A stretch of DNA of 62,064 bases, filler included, from Choristocarpus tenellus KU-1152 (Eukaryota > Protista > Phaeophyceae), in NCBI GenBank assembly GCA_964200185.2. It is 12 parts of 12 records of this genome, joined end to end, with 100 filler letters (N's around TTAATTAATTAA, not from the genome) between each part and the next. Parts side by side here need not be neighbours in the genome. Positions count along the whole stretch, not along the records: positions 49,999 to 58,854 come from CAXNAD020004255.1; positions 58,955 to 62,064 come from CAXNAD020022258.1; 10 more parts are not named here. One strand, written 5' to 3'. The notes beneath the pieces are model-generated. The model did no database searches. It was not told where the DNA came from and was given only the letters and a program-made list of their open reading frames with translations. The translations under genes and the position numbers were made by a program. Below are positions 51,872-62,064 of this stretch, piece after piece; position 1 is the stretch's first letter; every line of letters begins with the position of its first letter.

Positions 51872-52194
51872 CTAAAGTAGGCAAAAACAACTACCTCAAT
51901 ATACAACCCCAATCTAGTGATAATCTATCCCAGTCAATCTGAACCTCAACAAACACATTTGCCATGTAGCCCCCACCCTGTGATATTTCCAACCCTAACC
52001 CTAAGCCCTATAACCCAAATCCTTCAAACCATCTTTCAGAAAACAATACTGTAAATAAAACATAAACAATTGTTTTCGACTAAATAAAACTCTCACCAAA
52101 TTCAAACCTCAACCCCAAACCTCACCCAAAAAAAGCATCCATTTCCTGCCACAATATAAAACCCTCATTCCAACCTGACTTCCTTAACCCCAAC

Positions 52195-55100
52195 CAAGCC
52201 TGCCTTCATCCTTCATCTCACCATCCTCTGAATCATTTTGCCCTTTGCCCTCCACCTCGCCTCCGCTACTTGAAACCTGAGCCCCACTCCCACCTTCGCC
52301 TTCCTCCACATGCAACCCCCCATCGGAGACGTCCATATTATCATCACCCCCCTCCTTGTTCTGCATCCCTCTCCCACCCCCTTGCCCTTCGCTGTCGTCT
52401 TCCTCTCCCATTCCAGAACTCTCGGAACATGACTGGTGTGAAGCCACCTGATACCCGTACCGTGTAAGTAGCTCCGACAGTGGCATCTCACCCTCTTTCT
52501 CCAGCTCGTTCACCTACAGTACATACATACATACATACAAACATACAAAAACAGATTCATACACATACACATACACATATATACAAAAATACCTATCATC
52601 AGCAACCTGAGAGATAGTAAGAAGTAGAAAAAAAAAGCTTATTTTTCCCTCCAAGAGAGAAACTAAAAACATTAAAACAGACACTAAAAACAGACACTAA
52701 ATGCTAATGATTCATGGTAGCTGGTGTATATAAACATACTCAGCATACACATGGATGTGGATGTGGATGTGTGTGTATGCTTGTGTGTGTATTTGAATTG
52801 AGTGTCTAAAACCAGATTACTCTTATTTCTCAAGTGTCGTTCAAAAGACGGGATACCTCTGCCTCAGCCCCCTCAGCCCCCACCCCCCCATTGGCTTGTT
52901 GGAGGCGTTCTTCTTCCTCAAGGGTGTCCTCGTCATCTTCCTCCTCCTCCTCTTCCCCTTCATACTCAACATCAGCATCACCTCCATCCGACACATCCTG
53001 AGGGAGGTTTTTACACCAGAATTGAGCCAGAGTCTATTATCAATATTCTATTAACATTGTTGCATTAATAATGCTGTACTAATATCTATAAATGTTGTAT
53101 TATTGCTGTCCTCAACTCCTCAACTGAAGGATTAGGGTTAGGGATTTGTGCACATGACTGATAGTATATTTATGAACAGATGGATCAGAAACACACGCAA
53201 GAGTTGCTGGTGAATAGTGTGTCATAAACTTTGTAGTGGAGTTTTCACCGGCGAATGAAAGGACTTGACTCAATATGGTGGCAGTTACATAGGAAATAAT
53301 AATAAATATTACATACTATGTACCAGATACCATATAACTATTATAGAAGAAAACTCTTACACAAGAAACGGAATAATTTCACCGAGAAAAATATTGTAGA
53401 TAGTGTTAGGGCTATTTGTATACCCATATTGTAGATAGCATTAGGACTATTTGTATACCCATAACAGAACAATGAGTTAGTTCCCCCTGAAACACCAATA
53501 GCTTCGTTATTAGTGTCATACCACACCATAACACACCATACCATACCATACCATACCATACTATACCATACCATACCATACCATACTGGTGACTAAACCC
53601 TAAACAAAAACCTTACTCAGAAGGCTAGACCCAACCCCACCATCTACACATCTATATGCCTACTACTACTACTGGAATAATGTAGTATGTGATCATACTT
53701 ACCACTCTTAATATATATATTACATGCTATATAAATGATGTATCATCTAGGTTTCAATACATGTGTATTATTGATCATTTATACCATTAATACTACTAGC
53801 AGTACAACAATAATAATAGTAGTAGTAGCAGTACAATAGTACCAGGGCAAAAGTTGAAGATTGAAGATTATTGTAAATGTTCACCTCTACTATACCATAC
53901 TATTTTGAATTTTTTATTTTTAGAGTGTACCACTGGGCAGTAAGTTTACACCAAGTACACCAAGTACACCAAATACATCAATTACACTAGGTACACCAAT
54001 TACACTAATTACACCAATTACACTAATTACATCAATTACACTTAAGTACACTAATTACATCAATTACATCAATTACACTAATTACATCAATTACACTCCA
54101 CACCACAATTATGAAGAACTGTAAATTATGTTAATTGTAATAGAATTATAACTGGACGATAGGGTGTGTACATTGAATAGTACCAATAGTCACACATTGA
54201 ATAGTACCAATAGTCACCACGGTATTGTTACGTAATTATTACTGTGTTGCATGTGTTGCATGGTTTTTCAATATTTCCACAGTTGCCATTGGTCGGTTGT
54301 AGTATTCAAACAGTAGGGGTATGGCATAAACCAACTGTTGATATTTTCCCCAACCACAACAGTACCTCTAACCCTAACCCTAACCATGGTTATTACCGAA
54401 ATTTTACCAACTAAGTAGGGTCCTCTTTTTGTTTGTCTATTGAGAGCAATTCTATGGTCTCAATAATATATATGCAAGCAAACGCCTGCTCCTCGCATGC
54501 CTGGACATTATAATAATAAAAATTATACCAATTACGACCAAAATACAATACGCCAAAAATATGCGTATGTATTGTTATTATATTATTATTATATTATTAT
54601 TATTGTTATTATTATTATTGTTGTTGTTATTATTATTATTATTATTATTATAAAAGAATGTTAAGAGGGGTAATTTAACGTAATTAATTAACATCTTATG
54701 CCTTGGATTCAGTTTTGGAAGTAATAATACTACTGTGCATCAAGTACTACAGTAAAACATTAAAAAAAGTCAGCTACATTTTGGAAGGAGAACCAAACAT
54801 TGAACCCCTAAAAAGTCAGTAACATTATTGAGCAAGTACGGAAGAAACGGAAAGTGACTAAGGGGCAAAGGAGAGGGTCAACAGGCACAGCCCTCAATCT
54901 TCCCATCGGAGAGCAAGCAGCAACACAGAGATCAGATCACACCAGATCACACCAGACCACATCAGATCACATCAGATCACATCAGATCACATCAGATCAC
55001 ATCAGATCACATCAGATCACATCAAATCGATGAAGAGTATAACAAAAAGCACATTTCTAACATTGGGTGGAATCGATTCTCTTCAAAAGGTAGTTAGAAA

Positions 55101-57225
55101 TGGCATCATCAACCAAAATACTCTTATGCCATCAACCAAAATACTCTTATGTGCACATCTATCACATGTCCACATCTCTCACCACATCGCACCCCAGTAG
55201 GACATGATCATATCTTTAATAGGACACAACCATCTTTTCAATAGGACATAACCATCTCTTTAATCAGACGTAACCATATTTTTAATCAGACATAACCATC
55301 TTTCTAATAGGACGTAACCATCTTTTTAATAAAAAATAACAATCTTTCTAATCAGACATAACCATCTTTTTATTTTAAGTAATTTTCAGGTAGCAGGAGA
55401 GGTGGCTCAATGAGAGAGCAAAGTTCACAAACACAAGCACACAAGACTTTTTTTTTCCAGGGTATAAATGATACACACACCACAACAAAAAGGTACTCCT
55501 TTGTTTTGCAAGACAATCGATCATTACATATTTACGGTGGTATGGGAGGTGTTTCATTTTCATCACCTCTCTTTGCCCTCGACCCCGTCGGGCCTGGCTA
55601 TGAGCACTGCCCAACAGTAGAGCCATATCCTTGACACGCCTCCCACCACTGTGCTGGAAATCCCTCCATCCAGATCCGCCTTCCAAGCTCTCATCCGATG
55701 AAAACGCCTCCGAATCCTCTTCAAAACTCCCCGCAGAAGAGGACACCTGTGATCCGCCACCCGCACTGTCCCCCTCCCCCACCTGTCCCCCATAGGCTTG
55801 ACGAATGAGTTCTTCAATGGGAACATCTGCATCTGCTTCCAGGGCTGCCAGCTCAGCGTCCGTAGATAGGTTAGGGCTGGTACCATCTGCACACGCCAAT
55901 GCTTCCTGATTGCACATGTCCCATGTCAAGTGGGCAAGGAATAGTGGTCTAGGTTTATTTATAACTAGGCAGCACCTACACGGTATTTCTCATACACCCT
56001 AACCCTAACCATATGATGTATGTCAGTATACCCTAACCCTAACCATATGATGTATGTCATATACCCTAACCCTAACCACATGATGTATCCCATACACCCT
56101 AACCCTATATGGTTATGGAGTACAAAAAAAAATAGATTTAAAAAAAGGTGCCAGTATCACTAAAAGAGAAGATCTTGATAGTTGGCTCTTGATAGTTGAC
56201 TCTTGAGAATAGGCTATTACCGCAATCCATGCCATAATGCTACTCTCTATACAAAAACTACACCAAAAACCACTAAGGGAGTACATACACCTTTTTTTTT
56301 AAACACACACATAGTTTCAGTGCTTATACCGTACATACCATCCCTGAATTAAAACAATCAAAACAATCAAAACAATTCAAATAATCAAAAACAATCAAAA
56401 ACAATCAAAACAATCCAAACAATAAAAATACAGAACAAATAAAGAGAGAGAGGACCAACATATACTCACCTCTGCATCCAACGTAGCCTCATCATCTTCT
56501 TCCACATCAGGGATGAAGTCTGCGCCCTCATCCACTTCCCCATTTCCTTGTCCATCCACCTTTTCCAGTCTCCGTCGCACACTCCTCAACCTAAACCTCG
56601 ACACACCTTCATTCCCCTTCACAAATTCTGCACTGGGCCCTACCCCCATCCCTTCTTCCACTGCACCCTCCACGCATGCTCCAGGGCTAACCACAGAAGC
56701 TTCACCTATCCCAGAGCCTGCCCCAGAGCTTCTCCTTACCCCAGACACAGCCAAAGAGCCTGCCCCTCCCCTTTCTCTCCTGCCCCTTGCCCCTGGCCTC
56801 TCTGTACCAATGACACAACCACGCCTTGTGGTTCGGGTCCTGGTTTCTTTCTTTTCTTCCTCAACGTCACTGGGATCTCCCCTCCATCGTAATGATTTGG
56901 TTCTCAAATTCAAATTCGCCTCTTCCTTCCCCTCTGTATTCCCCCCACTCCCACCTCCTTGCTGCCTCCCCAACCCTCTTCCCTTCCTCCTACCCCCCTT
57001 TTCCTGTTCCTCTTCATCCTCTCCTTCATCCTTCTCCTCATCTTCCAGGCTAAAACTGTTGTCACTACTTACTCCCCCCCCCCCCCCCCCGGGCGGGCGG
57101 CCCGCGTAAGCCCCCCTCCCAACCTCCCTTTTTGGGCTATATTCGTTTTTACTCAGTTGTGTAAGCTCTTCTGCAGCAGACGCCTCCACAGAACCTTCCT
57201 CAATCCCCTTGCGCTCAAGGGCCGC
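52195..57225 (-). CDS. SWR1: SWR1/SRCAP/PIE1-type SNF2 chromatin remodeler, acidic region upstream of the ATPase, 4 internal exons
   Basis: Phase-0 exons 57225-56470, 55905-55567, 52997-52857 and 52513-~52195 give two copies of the module DDExTLxxEE...ELxxLxxxxxxPxxEL...Y (DDEATLDAEE / ELAALEADADVPIEELIRQAY and DDEDTLEEEE / EVNELEKEGEMPLSELLTRYGY). The ATPase is not in the window, and MIER-family proteins carry a similar module. Confidence 0.7.
54930..55375. repeat. (ATCAG-ATCAC)n microsatellite and ~21-bp ACATAACCATCTTTTTAAT array
   Basis: Arrays at 54930-55025 and ~55215-55375. Confidence 0.85.
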
Positions 57226-57617
57226 CTGATGAAAAAACATGAAATTTTAAAAATTATGTCAAGGTTTGGGGGAAATTTAAGGGACAAATGAGAGACTAGG
57301 GTTGGGTTCAATCACATCTCTTAGGGTTTGGGTTGAGCAATAACTATTCAACTATATTAGTTTGACTCTCAGTGTTTCATGCTAAAAGTTGGAGGGCAGA
57401 CATCCACGCAAGTCTAGTTAGTGCTAAAAAGGAGTATGGTTCACCAGAACCCAACCCAAAACCTGACCCTATCCCTCAGACTGGTTACATATTGTTATTA
57501 ATAATAATAATTCAAGAAGCAGAAAGGTTAGAAATAGAACCATTAATAGGTCCACAATCAAAACAGTCAGGGAAGGCGTTCTTGGGGCCGAGTCCCAGGG
57601 GAAGCAAGATCTACACT

Positions 57618-58180
57618 CATTGACATTCACTACACTCATTGACATTAATTGACATTAATTGACATTAATTGACATTAATTGACATTAATTGACATTCCTT
57701 TACATTTATTGACATTAATTTACATTAATTTACATTCCTTTACATTTATTGACATTAATTTACATTAATTAACATTCCTTTACATTTAACCAATAGAGAC
57801 CGAAATGATAATGACAAAATCAACTCCGTAGGGCATGTTGCAGGGCAAAGGCATCCCAATGGATCAATCTGATGCACAGAGACAATCCAAGTGTGTGTAT
57901 ACACAGGTCACTGTTCAGTCATCATTCCCCACTAACCAAGGTTGGGGTGCACCAGTACGTCTACAGAACAGAACAGAACAGAACAGAACAGCCAGGGTTA
58001 GGGCTATTAAAAAAATATAGCCCTAGGGCAAGGGTAAGAAGAGGGGTTATGTTAACAATAATAATATGATATTGAAGGGGAATGATGTGGGTTATATAAA
58101 CAATAATAATATGATACTGAAGGGGAATGATGTGGGTTATACTAACAATAATAATATGATATTGAAGGGGAATGATGTGA
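57618..58180. repeat. 10-bp TTGACATTAA array and 45-bp triplicate
   Basis: Arrays at ~57618-57788 and ~58045-58180. Confidence 0.85.
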
Positions 58181-59175
58181 TCACCATATCCAAAGAGGGT
58201 ACACCATTTGTGGACATGCAATGGCACCATGCCCTAGTCACAATTTTTGGAAGGGCAAGTGTGGTGTTGCTTGTCTATGGTACTAGTGCACTAGTGTACA
58301 ATTCAGCCACAGTCATCTCAGTGTGTAGAGCAGTCCAAGCAGGCTCTTCATCTTCTTTGTACTCAAATTTTTACAAATCTCACAACCCATGTCCGCAGCC
58401 TCCACTATTAATATTAATTTAATATTAATTTAATATTAATTTTCTTTAAAAGTACCTTCACCTCAGAGTCCAGACATGCACCTATCCAATGTCAGGGAAT
58501 CACTATACTCTATACTCTCCACTTCAAAAAAGTGACACCAAAAGTGATGCCACTGACTGAACTGGAATCACTATATTTGCTGTTCACATCCAAATTCACA
58601 GGTGAAGACTGGTGTGACATATTCACACCACAAATGTGTTTTATCAGACAGAGCTGATATTGAAATAAGAGTGATGTAACCTAATGTAACCTGATGTAAC
58701 CTGATGTAACCTAATGTAACCTAATGTAACCTCGTGCGTGCATTGCAGCAGCATGCTTGTGGTGGATACTTACTTAGGTAATATATAGAAATGGTCTTGG
58801 AGAATAAGGGGGGGGGGGCAATGACCTTCACATATTCAAATTTGTAAAGCTCCCNNNNNNNNNNNNNNNNNNNNNNNNNNNNNNNNNNNNNNNNNNNNTT
58901 AATTAATTAANNNNNNNNNNNNNNNNNNNNNNNNNNNNNNNNNNNNNNNNNNNNAAACGGAGGAGGAAGCCACCCCCCCAGCCGACGCAAACAAAGATCG
59001 GAGCCCCCCCCCCCCCCCCCCCCTCCCTTTCCCTCGCTCTATAATTATACAATACAAAGCCTTGGCTCTTGCTGCACAACGAGTTATTGCATCAAATTGG
59101 ACCAAAAAAGAGCCAGTCCTAACCAAACCACACCACCAACCACACCACATAAATCCAGACCATGTCGCACATTAC

Positions 59176-60746
59176 AGTCATCTTCTCTGTCACCAAGGGT
59201 TCCAAGTCAGGTCGACCCGGAGCCTCCACCCTGAGTCGGAATCTCCGCCTTTCCACCGAGTTGCTGTCATCCGCTATCTTAATACGCACGGAGCAGTTCC
59301 CTGACCATGGACAGGATGCAAAGGGCCGAGGGGGTGTGTGCAAACTGTGTTCCATGCTATACTGTAGAGTATACATGTTATACTCTGTTATACGTTAGTG
59401 TGCTACGAAATAGTACAGTCTTCTGGAAGGAGATGAATTTCAATACTAGGACAGCAGCAGCCCAGGGAGGAGACAGCAAAACATGGTGTATACACAAGGT
59501 AGAGAGGCCATAGTCGAGATCAGGGTTGAGTCTAGGTGAAGCTGACCATCACTCAGCATATTTACTACATGACAGGGACCACTATGAAAAGAAATGATGT
59601 GACATAATTCACCACTTGATTGCCTTAATCGAGTTGAGGACAAGAAGCGTAGCCTGTTTAGGACTAGGGCTCTGTTTACGTCAGTGTGACTATATAGGGT
59701 GATACTTGTCCTTCATGGCATCATTCTGGTAATAGCTAGTAGACTGCAGAGGATGAAAAATAGTGTTCCACCCTGATTGCAAGGGAATGGAGGGTTGTCA
59801 CAGGTTGCTGATATACAACTTCTGTAGTTAAATACACTTACTCACACCCGGACATGGATTGGTAATGGGCTTGTGGACACAGGCTATCGTTTATGTAAAT
59901 AACATTTAAGTCTTACCAACTATTCTTTACGATGGAATTAGCCCATATGCATGTGGCTAGGTGTGATGAGTGTCAGCAAAGGATTCAACATGATTGCATA
60001 TGAAATACTTCACCCTTGTCCCTCACCAGCCTGAGAAATCACTGGCGGTGTCGCCTGATCCAGCACCAGTATTCCCTCCGCAGCCGGAGAGTTTCCAACA
60101 AAGTGCGAGAGGGATAGCTTGAGGGGCACCTCCTCCCCTCTGCGCAAGGCCTCGTGCTGATCCACAAGGTATACCTGCCCAAGTCAGCCAGGTCGAGGTT
60201 GACTTAGAATTTTAAAAGGGGTCACAGAATAGGCCGGAGTGGATAAGGTTTTTGTGTTCAAGACGGATGCAACAGGGACAAATCTTCCTGATTTGTTCCC
60301 ATCTGCGGAGCCCTGTCAATAGCTGCACTGGGGTGGATTCATAGTAGGATCCTCCAGCCTTCTCCGAGGATGGGGTGAAACTCAGAAAGGATCAGACAAC
60401 GCAATTGGTGAAACATGTCTCTGCTTATCACTTAACAAACGTGAGTCAGCAACAGCAGGCTACGTGGTGAGGTATTTAATATCCGCAGACTGAGCATGAA
60501 ACTCACCTCTATGTCAAAGAACGAGTCGGCGTATGGGTATGGTGGGGGGGGTGGTTGTATCTTCAGCTTCAGCCGCTGGGGTGCCCGAAGATGTGAGTCA
60601 TCGATAGTGTCCTGACGGGTCACAGAAGGTACTCCGAATTCCCCCCCCCCAGGGGCCGTTGGGGGCAGAGTCGCGAGAGACGGGTCCATGTCTGACGACA
60701 CCCAGCCTCCAGCTGAGAACCTCCAAGAAGCAGTATGCGCGCTACC
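59176..60746 (-). CDS. Uncharacterised protein with a beta-rich (possible Ig-fold) domain, 3 exons
   Basis: Exons 60746-60507, 60174-60027 and 59300-~59176 splice in frame (phases 0 and 1): ..RLKLKIQPPPPPYPYADSFFDIE|VYLVDQHEALRRGEEVPLKLSL...PVISQAG|NCSVRIKIADDSNSVERRRFRLRVEAPGRPDLEPLVTEKMT. Confidence 0.75.
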
Positions 60747-61998
60747 CTGAGAAAAGGACCGAGTACCTACAATACCCCACCCACCACAGGAAATGAATAT
60801 TTAGCGGTACGTCAACCTCTATGTTGTGATCTAGTAAAATCAGCCCTCGTGTTGTGGTAAAATGTGCAACTCTACTTGCCTCTCCACTCTACTTACACGA
60901 TCTGAAGTCAGGTACAAAAGCCCCGGGTAGTCTTCCCACCTTAACACACTTGCCAGAGCGAAGTAATGATGAACTCGAGCTGCGCAGGCAGTGGGGCCGA
61001 TAGATACGAGCTACACGGGTACGATACACCAACAGGTTTGAAAAGGTAGACCCACTGCAGCAGATTTGTGGTTTCCTTCACACAATGGTTTCCTTGGCAA
61101 GTTCCTTGCTTCTGAAGCTGTGTCCCAGAATTTGCCAAGCCATCAAAATAATAAAAACATACGTTTTGTCCAAGAACAAAATAAATAAGAACAGAGTTTG
61201 CCAAATCTTGCGGCAGCCATACAGATTATTGGAACCGTGAAGTTAGTCTTATTTTTTCTCTTGGTTCCGACACCTCTATAATCGCTATTATTGCTTCAAT
61301 AACTCTTGTGTATGCGAACTGGCTCTTGTATCCGGGATTATTTTTTGGGTATATTGTAAGAAGTGGATGACATTTCAAATATTAGAGTTTACCATTTTGG
61401 ATGAGCGTTGTCTCCTGTCAAATTTTGTCAGAGGGGTAGATTCGTAGAGAAAGATAGAATAGATAAGATTGTTTTTAATATTTTCTGTGTTTGAGGTATA
61501 CTTTGAGTATTTTCCATGTTCTTCTTCCTTTTCCTTTGTTGGTGAGGAAGTTAAGATGACTATTACCCATCCAACCACATATTGATGTAAGCTCTGGTAA
61601 AATGCAACATTAACCCAAACCATATTATAACCTAACTTAAACCAAACCCTAAACAAACTGAATCAGGTATTATAGGAGTTATATACATAAACCTTAACAT
61701 TCAACTATACAAGTAGGTCTCTTATCTATTCCTGTGCCCCTAATCTTATCTATTATTTGGCAACCCTTATTACAGACTGTCGTTGTGTTGGTGCTCAGGA
61801 AGTGGTCAGTAAGGCTTACGACCAGGTCTATAACCCACGGGAACCACAAACCAATGATTTTTCGTGAAATATACAGCAGCAACCCAGATTCATATTTTAG
61901 CTAACCCTAACCTTGTGGGCGTAAATACTATACAGTTCAATTATGGTGGCCTGTTGCATATTACTAGACATCTCAGTCACTGACACACCTTATTGTTA

Positions 61999-62064
61999 GG
62001 GTCAAAGTATCTGGGGGGGGTGTCGGCGTCCGTTTTTCACACTTTTTTCGATTATCACTTTTTT
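61999..62064 (+). mobile_element. MITE family C end, truncated by window end
   Basis: GGGTCAAAGTATCTGGGGGGGGTGTCGGCGTCCGTTTTTCAC. Confidence 0.8.

Noticed and set aside
56513-57109. 198-aa Pro/Ser-rich plus-strand ORF
   Set aside because: Antisense shadow of the Gly/Glu-rich SWR1-like exon.
2938-58910. Regularly recurring TTAATTAATTAA palindrome
   Set aside because: Always flanked by 44 Ns on each side, so it is an assembly concatenation linker.
110-60746. Gene cluster or pathway formed by CTF18, E1, CPS, O-FucT and SWR1
   Set aside because: The genes lie on separate contigs joined artificially, so there is no linkage evidence.

Overview
Eukaryotic draft-assembly window made of 12 unlinked contigs joined by an artificial N44-TTAATTAATTAA-N44 linker, so adjacency across linkers is meaningless. 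Intron-rich GT-AG genes, TTAGGG repeats and a copia integrase of a type I recall from brown algae suggest a stramenopile, probably a brown alga or close relative (inference). Partial spliced genes: CTF18, enolase-phosphatase E1, an unidentified helical protein, carbamoyl-phosphate synthetase, a TPR protein, an O-fucosyltransferase-family protein, a SWR1/SRCAP-type remodeler (acidic N-terminal region) and a possible Ig-fold DNA-binding protein. Non-genic DNA holds decayed copia, gypsy and LINE fragments, a tRNA pseudogene and about 13 MITE copies in four families sharing a terminal CAAAGTA core, several with exact 4-bp TSDs (Sola-like). Best leads: a tRNA-like gene lying inside a predicted LTR of a decayed chromovirus, the Sola-like MITE set, and dense interstitial telomeric repeats biased to the sense strand of introns. 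No complete novel multi-gene system can be supported.
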